This document shows positions 19,493 through 29,371 of a stretch of 64,000 nucleotides of DNA, piece by piece. The stretch is from a virus (taxonomy: Duplodnaviria; Caudoviricetes). The DNA lies in IMG/VR virus record IMGVR_UViG_2851924183_000002, positions 1 to 64,000 of that record. One strand, written 5' to 3'. The first letter of the stretch is position 1. Each line of letters begins with the position of its first letter. The notes under the pieces are model-generated. The model was given only the letters and a program-made list of their open reading frames with translations. It was not told where the DNA came from and did no database searches. The translations under genes were made by a program, and so were the position numbers.

Positions 19493-19951
19493 TTATAGGC
19501 ACTTGTCATCAACAACAATATATTCAAAAAGTTTGATTTTTTCTGCATCGCCTACCTGTTTGTAGTATTCCAATGCATCAAATGCAGCGTTACAAATTTT
19601 AGAATGATTTAATGATCCAGCAGATAATAAAAAATATTCTTGTTCTGCACTTTGTGCTTTTTCAAGTAATTCTTCCCTGGTTGGATTAAGGTAGTGTATT
19701 AACGATAAAAAAATACCTGCAACTAACATTCCAGGCAAAAAACCTTGAGCAAAAGGCTGTTTAACTTTCCCTTGTTTTTTGAGAAAAAATCCTGTTCCCA
19801 ACCAAACAGCAAGCCACAAAAAAATAAATATGTAGAGTGAGGCACCTTGGGTCAAATATGCATCTTTCATTGCTAAGAAAGCCAATACCAGTACAAAGCC
19901 TATAGTTAATGCCCCTATAAGCAATAACACCCATCTAAATATTAATTTCAT
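19493..19951 (-). CDS. Accessory membrane protein (moron), about 3 TM segments
   Basis: Hydrophobic segments, low GC, inserted between terminase and portal. Confidence 0.7.
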   Translation of the reverse strand: MKLIFRWVLLLIGALTIGFVLVLAFLAMKDAYLTQGASLYIFIFLWLAVWLGTGFFLKKQGKVKQPFAQGFLPGMLVAGIFLSLIHYLNPTREELLEKAQSAEQEYFLLSAGSLNHSKICNAAFDALEYYKQVGDAEKIKLFEYIVVDDKCL

Positions 19952-20014
19952 ATAACCCTTCAAAATTTATTATAAAAAATTAATTTTAGTTATTTTTTTT
20001 AAAAATCAAAAGGG

Positions 20015-21538
20015 TTAAATAAATGTTCGTTCTGATGAAAAATCGAAATCTTCAAAACTTGAATTTTCATGACTAGGCAACGGGGTGAACTCATAAGGCG
20101 CACTAGGATTCTTGCTGGCATAATCAGCGAGTAAGTGAGCAATACCACTATCACCATGTCGTTTCTTACCATCTGCACCCGTGGTACGGACATCAGGAAT
20201 ACGCGCTACGCCTTTGACTAATACGAATGCACGGTGGTCATCCATAATATCTTTGTCTTTAGGCATGTTAGCAATATCACCATCTTCTAACGCAGCTTTA
20301 AAGTGAGGTGTATGTTCACGATACCAACCTTCAGACAAATGAATTGCTTCAATTTTGTCACCAAACGCAATTTGCATGGCTTCAGCTAAATAACCACCAT
20401 TACCTGTAGCATCATGTGCACCTTTACTAAAGTTAGGCAACGCCTTAGCAATCAACTTAAAGAGCTGCTCTTGTTGCTTGTAAGGCATATTAGATAGTTC
20501 AAGTACAAAAGGGCAGTGCTTTCGAGTGTCCTGGTACTCAATCAAAGGCCAAAATACACATAGATCCGAACGTCGAGCAAAATCGAGTCCATAATAACTA
20601 CGGTATTTTTTAGGAATTGAATCTAATAATGGTTTAATTACATCATCAAATAATATTTTAATTTCACTATGACGCGCTTCTTCAGTCCACGTTTCAAAGC
20701 CTTTAGGCGCTGACCAACGAATTACAGGAATATCTTTTTGGCGCTGTTCTAATAAACCTTGAGATAACCAACGACCACCGCCTTTAGATGGAATAACATC
20801 AAGCTCTTCATCTGCTGCATCGCCATAGAAACTATAAACATCATCAACCCATGCTTGTTCTTCTTCAGGTTTATATTCAATGCCCTTACGTAGGCAGACT
20901 CGTTTATATAGGCCTTGATCAACAGCTTCACGGAACGTTGTACGGTGTACTGAGCCTTTACGCTTACCAGCACGGATTTCTTTAATGAGTTCATTGAATG
21001 GATTATCTTCGCCATCGTGCGTGCTGATCACGCGCACACATCCACCCCAAATCAGCAAGGCAAGAGCTGCTTTTAAAAGTTCATCTAAATTTTCATGGAA
21101 GCCAGCTTCATCAAGTATGACTCGACCTTGACGACCACGTAAGTTGGATGGTCTGCTTGTTAAGGCTTCAATACGTCGACCAGAGTTAGGGAACCGAATA
21201 ATATAAGTTTGAATATGCTTATCACCATCTTCCCAAACACTTTCTTCAATTTCAGTTGCAGCAGCATCGTAGGCTTTAGCCCACATTGCACAAGCCTGGA
21301 TAAATTCAACAGTCATGTCTTTGTTATAACCTAGGTAATAACAATTTTGACCGCCTTCAGACATTGCATCTAAAACTGCATCGGCAGCTTCAGCCCATGT
21401 CAAACCAATACGACGTGACTTTTCAGCAACCTTCAGCTGGCTTGTATCAGCAATCCATTCCTGTTGATACGGCAATAGAACAGCAGGAACATCACTATTA
21501 AAATCAGGTGCTAGTACTGGATTGATAGGAGCATTCAT
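20015..21538 (-). CDS. Terminase large subunit (Mu gp28)
   Basis: LLPYQ, EKSRRIGLTWAEA, LDEAGFH, GLDFAR, DATGNG. Confidence 0.95.
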   Translation of the reverse strand: MNAPINPVLAPDFNSDVPAVLLPYQQEWIADTSQLKVAEKSRRIGLTWAEAADAVLDAMSEGGQNCYYLGYNKDMTVEFIQACAMWAKAYDAAATEIEESVWEDGDKHIQTYIIRFPNSGRRIEALTSRPSNLRGRQGRVILDEAGFHENLDELLKAALALLIWGGCVRVISTHDGEDNPFNELIKEIRAGKRKGSVHRTTFREAVDQGLYKRVCLRKGIEYKPEEEQAWVDDVYSFYGDAADEELDVIPSKGGGRWLSQGLLEQRQKDIPVIRWSAPKGFETWTEEARHSEIKILFDDVIKPLLDSIPKKYRSYYGLDFARRSDLCVFWPLIEYQDTRKHCPFVLELSNMPYKQQEQLFKLIAKALPNFSKGAHDATGNGGYLAEAMQIAFGDKIEAIHLSEGWYREHTPHFKAALEDGDIANMPKDKDIMDDHRAFVLVKGVARIPDVRTTGADGKKRHGDSGIAHLLADYASKNPSAPYEFTPLPSHENSSFEDFDFSSERTFI

Positions 21539-22083
21539 TATTTGGCAATTCCTAAGATTTCTTTACGAATAGTGGCAGCAGCTTTAGGGGACAAGCCTCC
21601 TTTTTTAGCAATCTCTTCAACAGACTTAGCCACCTTTTCAACTCGATCACGTACATCAAGCATCCATTTCTTTTGACCAATAGATGCTTGAGCCAAAGAA
21701 GCGATGCCTTTACCACATTGAGAAATAAGAGCTAAACGTTTTGCAGGATCAACGCCTTCACTGCCTGCTTCCTGTAAAGCAATTAAGGTGTCAAATAATT
21801 GAGTCTGCATAAGTGAAAGTACAGCTTGAGTGCGCATATCACTATCATCAGGTGCAGCTTCTGAAATCATAATTGCAGCTTGAGTACTCGCTTGAACAGC
21901 TGCTAATTTCTGTTCTAACTTCTGACCATAACGATGAACACTTGATTTACTCACGTTATAGCCACGTTCAGCTAAGAGTTCAGCAATTTCTACATAGCCA
22001 CAAAACCCTTGATCACGGAATCGTGCATCAAGCCACGCTTTGTCTTCAGCATTTAATTGATCAATTGCAGATGGCTTTGCCAT
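21538..22083 (-). CDS. Terminase small subunit-like (Mu gp27/DUF3486)
   Basis: VSKSSVHRYG...IRKEILGI. Confidence 0.88.
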   Translation of the reverse strand: MAKPSAIDQLNAEDKAWLDARFRDQGFCGYVEIAELLAERGYNVSKSSVHRYGQKLEQKLAAVQASTQAAIMISEAAPDDSDMRTQAVLSLMQTQLFDTLIALQEAGSEGVDPAKRLALISQCGKGIASLAQASIGQKKWMLDVRDRVEKVAKSVEEIAKKGGLSPKAAATIRKEILGIAK

Positions 22084-22085
22084 GG

Positions 22086-22397
22086 CTAGACTCCCCAATA
22101 TTTGGCAGGGCGTGCAATCCCAGCAGGACAATCAACTGTGTATTCAACAACATCAATACCGTTAGAATTTAATGTTGAGTGCCAGTGCCCATCAGGCAGA
22201 CGCTTAATATCGACCAATTCTTTATTTTCTAAATAGGCCAATTGAGCATGGAGTTCGTTGGCGGTAGCGTCTGGATAAATGGCTTGAACCACAGTCAGAA
22301 CTAAAACGTCCATTGCACCCAGTGGTCGGGCATTGTTCAGTGCATTCAGTAACAACCAACGCATGTTTTCACGACGTGCTTTTACGAGATCTGTCAT
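22086..22397 (-). CDS. Mu gp26-like winged-helix protein
   Basis: RWLLLNAL...GIDVVE...GIARP. Confidence 0.75.
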   Translation of the reverse strand: MTDLVKARRENMRWLLLNALNNARPLGAMDVLVLTVVQAIYPDATANELHAQLAYLENKELVDIKRLPDGHWHSTLNSNGIDVVEYTVDCPAGIARPAKYWGV

Positions 22398-22741
22398 TGT
22401 TTATTCATTCCTTGGCGTATTTGAACGTTTTCAATTTTTAAAGCCAAAGCATCAAGCTTGACTTCAATCAGCGTTTGGCCGCGAATATAGTCTTCACGAG
22501 CAACATAGACATGTGGCAAATCAATCTGAAACTTATAAAATTTTCGTTCTAGATCACGAATGTCGTCATGGTTCTGTGCGGATTGCTTCGCAACATCCTC
22601 AAGTCGGTTCTGCATCACTTGAAAGTTGTTATTGAGATTTGTTTCAATGCGTCCCCATAGAATTTTGATGGTTGCGATGACAGTACTGATCATCACAATC
22701 AAAATCATGATCCATTGATATAAATCCATTTGAATAGCCAC
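22394..22741 (-). CDS. Mu gp25-like membrane/coiled-coil protein
   Basis: N-terminal TM; LPHVYVAREDYIR. Confidence 0.7.
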   Translation of the reverse strand: MAIQMDLYQWIMILIVMISTVIATIKILWGRIETNLNNNFQVMQNRLEDVAKQSAQNHDDIRDLERKFYKFQIDLPHVYVAREDYIRGQTLIEVKLDALALKIENVQIRQGMNKQ

Positions 22742-22751
22742 ATATCACCCC

Positions 22752-23138
22752 TTAACCAACAAAGGCTTGAAGGACTGAACGACCACTGTTCAGCATGCTA
22801 ATTAAAGAATCGATAAACCAAGACACCGTGGTATGCCAACCTGACCAGATTTGCTTAATTTCTGCGTGAGTTTCTAAGTACTCTTTAATCATGAACTCCA
22901 GCACAGCTTCTTTTTTGGCAAGACCTTTGAGAACACCTTCATTCTCTACAGCTTGCATATATTTTGCGGTGGCTTGAAACATGTCATATACCGCTAACGA
23001 GGTGAGCTTAATATTGGTATACGTCTTTTGGGTGGCCGTAATACCTGCTTCAACGGTTTCGTTGATATGCCCGTAATTTTTTAGAACATAGTCTGCAAGA
23101 TTGATGATTGCAGTTTTTGAAAATGTGACTTTTGGCAT
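22752..23138 (-). CDS. Hypothetical protein in the lysis region
   Basis: 128 aa ORF within the operon. Confidence 0.65.
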   Translation of the reverse strand: MPKVTFSKTAIINLADYVLKNYGHINETVEAGITATQKTYTNIKLTSLAVYDMFQATAKYMQAVENEGVLKGLAKKEAVLEFMIKEYLETHAEIKQIWSGWHTTVSWFIDSLISMLNSGRSVLQAFVG

Positions 23139-23243
23139 TTTGAATACTCTTCTTTATTCGCTTTGTGGTTTGGATTGGATGGCGTATGCCGTCTAATAAA
23201 TCAAACAGGGCATACACCACCACGACTACAGGACGTTTGCGTA

Positions 23244-23852
23244 CTAAGACTTCAATGACCATGATTGAACGCCTTTACTTTGGTTCAAATAACGCCCAGC
23301 GAAACCACAGAATGCAATCCACGCAATCACATAAACACGAATGTTTTCGGGTAGTATGGCAAGCAATTCTGGCGGGATAGGCGTTGTAGCAAAAAACACA
23401 ATTAAGCCAAAGCACCAGTTGCTGATCCACTTCCAACTGGCACGCCAGTTATGCACTAAGAAGTCATTATTTACAGTACTAGCTACGCCCATGACGTACT
23501 CTTGACGCACAGTCTGAAGATTGGATTCGCTCTGCTTAAGTTGCTTCTTAAGACCAATAATCTCTTGGATATGACGATTAACGACTTGACCCTCTTTGAT
23601 CAAAAGTTGGTCTTTGTCACTAAGGGTTAACGCACTCTCATCTAAACGACTTTCAAGAGTAGAGATGTTTAAACGCAACTGTTGAATTTTGTCCGACTCG
23701 TTGGCATTTACAATCAACTGAAGATCTTTTTGCCCAGTTTCATATCCATGCCGATAGTCTGCATTGCCACGCTTTTCAACCTGTTCTTGAACGCCTTGCT
23801 GAATACGGGTTTGAATCAATGAATGAGGAACTTTAGATTTTTTATGGCTCAT
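23244..23852 (-). CDS. Coiled-coil protein with C-terminal holin-like 2-TM domain
   Basis: VHNWRASWKWISNW plus two TM segments; follows the endolysin. Confidence 0.6.
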   Translation of the reverse strand: MSHKKSKVPHSLIQTRIQQGVQEQVEKRGNADYRHGYETGQKDLQLIVNANESDKIQQLRLNISTLESRLDESALTLSDKDQLLIKEGQVVNRHIQEIIGLKKQLKQSESNLQTVRQEYVMGVASTVNNDFLVHNWRASWKWISNWCFGLIVFFATTPIPPELLAILPENIRVYVIAWIAFCGFAGRYLNQSKGVQSWSLKS

Positions 23853-23863
23853 GATCAGATTCC

Positions 23864-24340
23864 TCAAAGTTCAAAATGAGGTGAGTCATATTCACCTTTT
23901 TCACGGTAATTACCATCGTTGTCCCAATCTGCCCCCCAGCGAATGGATACACCTAATTCTTTGGCCGCGGTAAACATGGCTTGAGCCATTTGGTCAAACT
24001 TAGATAAATCATTCCAGTCCACAGGGTAGGGAACCAAATCAACAGCACGACCCGTAACATGCTTACTGTCGAGAGGATTCTTCAACCAAGTCACTTTGGC
24101 TGCTTTAGGTAGGGCATATTTTGCAGGCACACCTTTCGCTGTACATTGTGCAGCAGTACGGCCTTTGCCATAGTTGATGTAGCATTGCTCTTTCGTGCGC
24201 ACACCCTCAACAACCATGAAGTCCTGCGGCGTGATTTCAATGGCACGCTTCACAACTTTGATTAAATTGGCATCTACACCTTCAAGACGACCCAAACTCA
24301 GTTTGGATAACACAAACTTCTTTTTTAACTTTTCAGACAT
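23864..24340 (-). CDS. Endolysin, M15 family L-Ala-D-Glu peptidase
   Basis: SKHVTGRAVD, RWGADW, DSPHFEL. Confidence 0.93.
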   Translation of the reverse strand: MSEKLKKKFVLSKLSLGRLEGVDANLIKVVKRAIEITPQDFMVVEGVRTKEQCYINYGKGRTAAQCTAKGVPAKYALPKAAKVTWLKNPLDSKHVTGRAVDLVPYPVDWNDLSKFDQMAQAMFTAAKELGVSIRWGADWDNDGNYREKGEYDSPHFEL

Positions 24341-24399
24341 TTAATAAACCCTTATCTAACATTGTGTCAGTTTCGAGGTTTAGCGATTAGGTTTGTATC

Positions 24400-24411
24400 G
24401 GAACACTTTCC
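24400..24411 (-). promoter_or_regulatory. Late-activator box GGAACACTTTCC (Plys-like)
   Basis: 60 bp upstream of the endolysin ATG. Confidence 0.7.
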
Positions 24412-24413
24412 AT

Positions 24414-24435
24414 AAAAAAACCGCCCGAAGGCGGT
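24414..24435 (-). terminator. Intrinsic terminator after the Mor-family gene
   Basis: A-tract ACCGCC-CGAA-GGCGGT. Confidence 0.8.
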
Positions 24436-24462
24436 GAGATAAAGAGTGCGATTGAAATGGAG

Positions 24463-24900
24463 TCAGGCTAATTGTGAAAACATATCGAGTTGATTGCTTT
24501 GTTTCTTATTTTCGGCAGGGCTGACTTGATTCTTACGAACTTGCCTAATCCAACGAGTAGTAACATTATATTTTTTTGATAATTCTCGTTGAACTTGTGC
24601 GGTAGCACCTAATTCTTCAAGATCCTGTTCAATACGTTTATCACGTAAAATACTTATATATCTGTCTGACTTTGGAATATAAACAATAACACCATTCCAA
24701 AATTGACAAAGTTTTTTGAGATTATTAAAGCCAAGAAGCTCTGCGAGCTCATGGCTTTCGGATATTGATTTAAGAGGAGGGAAACTATAATCAGAACCGC
24801 CATAATGCTTGATTAGAATCATAGCGGTTCTGTAGTCAGTGAGCTGAATAATCAGCCGAAGGTTGTCTGGTAGTTTATCTAGGTACTCGTCTTGTTTCAT
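24463..24900 (-). CDS. Mor/C-family transcription activator
   Basis: YGG, VYIPK and C-terminal HTH ELSKKYNVTTRWIRQV. Confidence 0.88.
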   Translation of the reverse strand: MKQDEYLDKLPDNLRLIIQLTDYRTAMILIKHYGGSDYSFPPLKSISESHELAELLGFNNLKKLCQFWNGVIVYIPKSDRYISILRDKRIEQDLEELGATAQVQRELSKKYNVTTRWIRQVRKNQVSPAENKKQSNQLDMFSQLA

Positions 24901-25297
24901 TGTTGGCCCGCTTCGCTTTGTACTCCAATGCCGCAACTATACGCCACAGTTCATTTTCCGTACAAAATTCTAACGCGTCTTTTTGAAACATTTGTTTAGC
25001 AATGCCTTTTGCGTAGTTCCAATGCAGCTTATGCTCGGTCAAATGGGCCTCAATTTTTCCGATTAAAGCCTCCTTTGATAGTTTCACTTTGGGCTTATTC
25101 CCAAAATTACGCTTAGAGAATCCAAGCTGATCCAGATGCTGAATGACTTTTAACAAGTCATCCATTGTCATATCTTTGGCAGAACGCTTACCAGTGACAT
25201 GCTGGAGCATGTCACGGTAGGTATCCTCATCAAGGTTCAGCGCTTTTTTACCCATATGGATTGTGGCTAAACGATCATTACGTGAGGATTTTTTCAT
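24875..25297 (-). CDS. gemA: GemA/gp16 family protein
   Basis: IHMGKKALNLDEDTYRDML...TGKRSAKDM. Confidence 0.88.
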   Translation of the reverse strand: MKKSSRNDRLATIHMGKKALNLDEDTYRDMLQHVTGKRSAKDMTMDDLLKVIQHLDQLGFSKRNFGNKPKVKLSKEALIGKIEAHLTEHKLHWNYAKGIAKQMFQKDALEFCTENELWRIVAALEYKAKRANNETRRVPR

Positions 25298-25596
25298 ATA
25301 GGTTTCCCCATATGGTGGGTCGGCAAAATATTGGTATCTTGCTGTTCGACTTTAATATCGTGATACATAACCTCTATGTATTGAAGAATTAAATCTTTAG
25401 CACTGTCTAGATCATTTGCAGATGCAAGAAACCCAGCCACTGCTGTACCAGCAATACAAAATGCAAATTCGTCTGCATCACGTTCGCTAACGTTCGCCAT
25501 TTGAGAATGCATTGGCACAATCATATTATCAAAAATACCTTCGGCAATTTCTTTTGGTGAACCTTGTACTATTTGTTTTTTCGTTTTGTTCATCAT
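25294..25596 (-). CDS. Hypothetical early protein
   Basis: Translationally coupled ORF. Confidence 0.65.
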   Translation of the reverse strand: MMNKTKKQIVQGSPKEIAEGIFDNMIVPMHSQMANVSERDADEFAFCIAGTAVAGFLASANDLDSAKDLILQYIEVMYHDIKVEQQDTNILPTHHMGKPI

Positions 25597-26003
25597 GCTG
25601 CAAACTCCGTGATAAGTTCAATTGACTCAGATACTTTGATTAGGTGGTTAATGGCCCTAGTCGCACTAGAAAAGTAGGGTAGGCGGTATTCATATTTATC
25701 ATCCAGATCTGGATGCTCTCTGTAGGCTTTACGCTTACCGTATATTTTCAAAAGTTTGTTTTTAAATGTAGGCTTATATTTGCTAACGAAGTAAGGTGCC
25801 AGATACTTAGCCTCAGGGTGTTCACTACTTTCGGTACACCAACAGCCTTTAACAGTATCATTCACGAATATACCAACAACGAGTTTCATTTTGTGGCGTT
25901 GAATGCGTAATGAAATTTCATAACCATCGCATAAAAGCTCAACACGGCTACAGGTGTCCAGTTCTTTGATAGCAAATTCTTTTTGTTCTTTACTTAACTT
26001 CAC
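25593..26003 (-). CDS. Conserved Mu-like phage hypothetical protein
   Basis: LLCDGYEISL...VFVND.VKG pattern. Confidence 0.7.
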   Translation of the reverse strand: MKLSKEQKEFAIKELDTCSRVELLCDGYEISLRIQRHKMKLVVGIFVNDTVKGCWCTESSEHPEAKYLAPYFVSKYKPTFKNKLLKIYGKRKAYREHPDLDDKYEYRLPYFSSATRAINHLIKVSESIELITEFAA

Positions 26004-26088
26004 GATGTTTCTCCAAGGCTAATAACAACTTCTGGTGGCAACTTGTCTAAATCTTCAATTTTGATCATGGTTTTCCTAAATTTTGGTC

Positions 26089-26113
26089 AAAAAAATCCCG
26101 CCAAAAGGCGGGA
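26089..26113 (-). terminator. Intrinsic terminator after HU gene
   Basis: A-tract TCCCGCC-AAAA-GGCGGGA. Confidence 0.75.
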
Positions 26114-26150
26114 CCTTTTGTTTTGTTAAACAGTTAAGATGAAAATCTCA

Positions 26151-26423
26151 TCAATTCAGAGCATCCTTTAATGCTTTACTTGCCTTAAATACTGGGCTTT
26201 TTGAAGCAGCAATCGTGATTGCTTCACCCGTCTGAGGATTACGCCCTTGACGTTCAGCACGATCTGTCACTTTAAAAGTACCAAAGCCTTTTAAATCTAC
26301 AGATCCACCATTTGCTAACGTATCAATAACAGCAGTTTCAAAAGCTTGAAGGCTTGCTGTAGCTTGAACTTTGCTAATACCAGCAGTAGAAGCGATGTGT
26401 TGAATAAGTTCAGATTTGTTCAT
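26151..26423 (-). CDS. HU family DNA-binding protein
   Basis: MNKSELI...GFGTF...GRNPQTGE. Confidence 0.95.
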   Translation of the reverse strand: MNKSELIQHIASTAGISKVQATASLQAFETAVIDTLANGGSVDLKGFGTFKVTDRAERQGRNPQTGEAITIAASKSPVFKASKALKDALN

Positions 26424-26458
26424 AGTTTTATATCCAATTAAATTAATATTGAAGGTTG

Positions 26459-27076
26459 TTAAACATTTGCAAAATCGAGCGAAATCGCTTGATATTTGCC
26501 TTCTGCATCACGCTCATAAAAGCGCACATAATTCTTACTATCTGTGACAGTGATACTTTCACTGATTGCATCCATTGCACGTAGCCACTTCTCATCCCGA
26601 ATATCTAAACGACGCAAGGTCAGGACACGACCAGTTGAAATTTTTCCTTCCTTATCCACTTGAAAGGCATCATTGATCAATACGCGAATATTGTCGTTAG
26701 AACCTGTAGCCCACTCGGAAATACATTCGTCAATTAAAGCCTTAGCCGCTTGAAGGCTTTCATCAAAACGAATACTTTCTTGGCTTTGACGCACAATCTT
26801 GTATTTACCGTCAAAGCTAAACAACGTTACATTGCCTTTACTACCACCAATTTGAACGCCATGCTGTTCAGCAGAAAGTTGGATAAATGCCGCAATGTCT
26901 TCAAAAGATAACTTTTTAAAAGCCAACATCTCTTGCTGTAAAACCTTCGCACCACTAATTAAACGTTCAACCAAATCACTACGTTCAATATCCATAGCCT
27001 TGATCTGATCAACAGGAATCAAACGGCCTTTTGCATCAATGCGGTATCCTGCTGGAATTTCTGTTACTGCGTTCAT
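26459..27076 (-). CDS. DUF3164 family Mu-like early protein
   Basis: GGSKGNVTLFSFDG, AKALIDEC, YVRFYER. Confidence 0.85.
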   Translation of the reverse strand: MNAVTEIPAGYRIDAKGRLIPVDQIKAMDIERSDLVERLISGAKVLQQEMLAFKKLSFEDIAAFIQLSAEQHGVQIGGSKGNVTLFSFDGKYKIVRQSQESIRFDESLQAAKALIDECISEWATGSNDNIRVLINDAFQVDKEGKISTGRVLTLRRLDIRDEKWLRAMDAISESITVTDSKNYVRFYERDAEGKYQAISLDFANV

Positions 27077-27300
27077 AAATATCCCACTTTCTTAAAGTTA
27101 TGTTTCGAGTCATTCTCGATTGCAATTTGGCAATCAATGCAAAGTTTTACGTTACCCAGAGCACGTCGCTGCTCTGGAATTTCATTACCGCAGTCTTCAC
27201 ATGCATGAGCGCTGGGTTGGTCAAAATTAGGACGGTTATTGAGAGTGCTTAAGATCAACTCGTCATTCTTGTCGTTTGCTAAATCGGCTAGATCTGCCAT
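27073..27300 (-). CDS. TraR/DksA C4 zinc-finger protein
   Basis: MADLAD, CEDCGNEIPEQRR, CIDCQ. Confidence 0.92.
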   Translation of the reverse strand: MADLADLANDKNDELILSTLNNRPNFDQPSAHACEDCGNEIPEQRRALGNVKLCIDCQIAIENDSKHNFKKVGYL

Positions 27301-27309
27301 TACTACCTC

Positions 27310-27651
27310 TTAAGTGATTCTTTTTTTAACGCAAGCATGTGGACACTTTTGACATGCTCGCCAGTGGCGCATTTCTACTGGATTTTGTGTTGGTGCTTCA
27401 CGTTCATGAAAACCAATACAAGCCTCTGGGGTTATTACTTGGTCTAGGTGAGGGCAGTGAATACTGCCCAACACCCGCATAACAATCTTTTCTAGGCGGT
27501 CTGTACTGCCTACATATTTTCCCCGTAGTGCCAGTGACAAACTAGGTCGGGCATAGCCCAATTCATCCGCAACTTTTTGAATCGTGCCCAGTTGCTCAAT
27601 ACGTTGCTCAACAAGCTGAATCCATTTCGGTTTAGGTGTGTTGCAAGACAT
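27310..27651 (-). CDS. HTH protein with Cys-rich C-terminus
   Basis: VADELGYARPSLSLAL; CPHL...WRACQKC. Confidence 0.75.
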   Translation of the reverse strand: MSCNTPKPKWIQLVEQRIEQLGTIQKVADELGYARPSLSLALRGKYVGSTDRLEKIVMRVLGSIHCPHLDQVITPEACIGFHEREAPTQNPVEMRHWRACQKCPHACVKKRIT

Positions 27652-27850
27652 AAGTGAGTACTCCAATCAGAACAATATTGATTGCGAGAAGCAGTGAAAT
27701 GACTTGCTTACTCCGTACCTGTGTTTCATTCAGCTCAAGTTCATTTTGTTCAGCTAAGCGCTTAAATTCATTACGTTCTGTGAACAGTCGAATTCTGTCC
27801 TGATGAATAAATTCATGTAGTTCTGGGTCAATCTGTGCTTTAAGATTCAT
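27632..27850 (-). CDS. Hypothetical protein with C-terminal TM
   Basis: Coupled ORF. Confidence 0.6.
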   Translation of the reverse strand: MNLKAQIDPELHEFIHQDRIRLFTERNEFKRLAEQNELELNETQVRSKQVISLLLAINIVLIGVLTYVLQHT

Positions 27851-28553
27851 CGTTCATTTCCTCTTGTTCATGTAACAAAGTGCCGTGTTTCATTTCTTCT
27901 TCGAGTTCAGGGCGCTCTGTAAACATCACTTGATTTGTATTAGGGTCAAAGACTTGTTTCGCTCTTTGAATTTGAGGGGGATTTGGGCCTGTATCCATAA
28001 CTGGTAAAAGTCTATATTTAGCTTTACCACCTGCATTATTTGCAGGTCGAGTTAATGTTAAATAACCTGCATGGTGTAATGCCCGAAGGTATTCATTCGC
28101 TGTTTCTAATTTGATAGAAATCTCATCATTCGAAGCCAGTTGAATAAGCTCATGCGCATTAACAGCTTGTTTAGTAATGCGTAAAGCATTCCACATTGCT
28201 TTGTTACCAGTTACGCTTACCACTACTTTTCCATCCTTAGAAATAGACGGCACTGTGTAGCCTAAGTCATTAACTAGCATGAAATATTTTCTTTTAATCG
28301 ACTTACTATGATCGTAGACTTTAGCTTCACGTAGAATTTGCACCACATTGGCTTTCACAAGGCTTGCAACAAATCCACGCGCACTTTCGTATTTCATTTG
28401 CCCCAGTTCAGCCACTTGTTCAATCGTGAACTCTTCACGATGTTTACGAATAGCAGTCCAAGCACGTTGGCGCGGTGATTGATATGGTTGTCCTGCTTTC
28501 ATAGTGTTGATTTCCAGTCCTATAGTGAATGAATTGTTTTTACCAGTTTGCAT
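27840..28553 (-). CDS. Tandem winged-helix protein downstream of B
   Basis: MWNALR...YLRALHHAGYL...TGPNPP. Confidence 0.75.
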   Translation of the reverse strand: MQTGKNNSFTIGLEINTMKAGQPYQSPRQRAWTAIRKHREEFTIEQVAELGQMKYESARGFVASLVKANVVQILREAKVYDHSKSIKRKYFMLVNDLGYTVPSISKDGKVVVSVTGNKAMWNALRITKQAVNAHELIQLASNDEISIKLETANEYLRALHHAGYLTLTRPANNAGGKAKYRLLPVMDTGPNPPQIQRAKQVFDPNTNQVMFTERPELEEEMKHGTLLHEQEEMNDES

Positions 28554-28566
28554 GAATCAAATACCC

Positions 28567-29316
28567 TCAAAAGCTACGTGGCTTAGGGCTTTCGCCAGTC
28601 ACGAAACCATCAGGTAACAGCTCTTTAAGCACTTGTTTTGTGATATGGGGTGTACCTGCTTCTAACGCTTTTTCATTCAGCATTTCTAAATTGGTCGAAA
28701 CACGTCGAGTCGATCCGCGCACTTGGGCAAGCAACTGTTCCAGTACAGGTGCATCAATCTGAAGTTGTGGCGCATAAATCGAAGCCAACAGCGTTACATC
28801 GTTCAGATCGGCAGGAAGGGCGGTGACCCAGTTCAAAATACGCCCATGAAAGCGCTCCCATTTCTCCAACTTACGCGCCAGCATTTCTTCACCGATGATC
28901 AAGAAAGTTCCTTGGCTGCCTTCGTAAAGATCACGGATAATTTCGACTTTATTGCCCTGCACAAGATGGTCAAACTCATCAATGATCAGTGGTCGTCCAG
29001 ACTTCGCCAGTTCACTGGTGGCAAGTTCCATCATTTCTGAAAGTGTTGCAGGGTACGGGATACTCATTTCCCGCAATAGCGCTTGCAGAAAGGCTTTCTT
29101 GGTATAAGTACTTTTTACTTGAACATAAAAAGCATTGGTTTTGGTCGCCACATAGTTGGCTGCGGTAGACTTTCCAAATCCACTTGGACCATAAAAAGCG
29201 GAAATGCCTGGCAACAATGGATTGCGGTCCATGGTACGTTTCACCGCTTCATAGCACTGTGAAATATTTCGAATCTGAGCAATACCTGAGTTGGAAAAAT
29301 TGACATCTGCATTCAT
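28567..29316 (-). CDS. MuB-like AAA+ transposition ATPase
   Basis: Walker A GPSGFGKS; Walker B LIIDEFD. Confidence 0.92.
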   Translation of the reverse strand: MNADVNFSNSGIAQIRNISQCYEAVKRTMDRNPLLPGISAFYGPSGFGKSTAANYVATKTNAFYVQVKSTYTKKAFLQALLREMSIPYPATLSEMMELATSELAKSGRPLIIDEFDHLVQGNKVEIIRDLYEGSQGTFLIIGEEMLARKLEKWERFHGRILNWVTALPADLNDVTLLASIYAPQLQIDAPVLEQLLAQVRGSTRRVSTNLEMLNEKALEAGTPHITKQVLKELLPDGFVTGESPKPRSF

Positions 29317-29371
29317 TTGCATCACCATAAAATAATAAGTTGTTTGTAATTAGTCGGTATTGCAGTACCGA

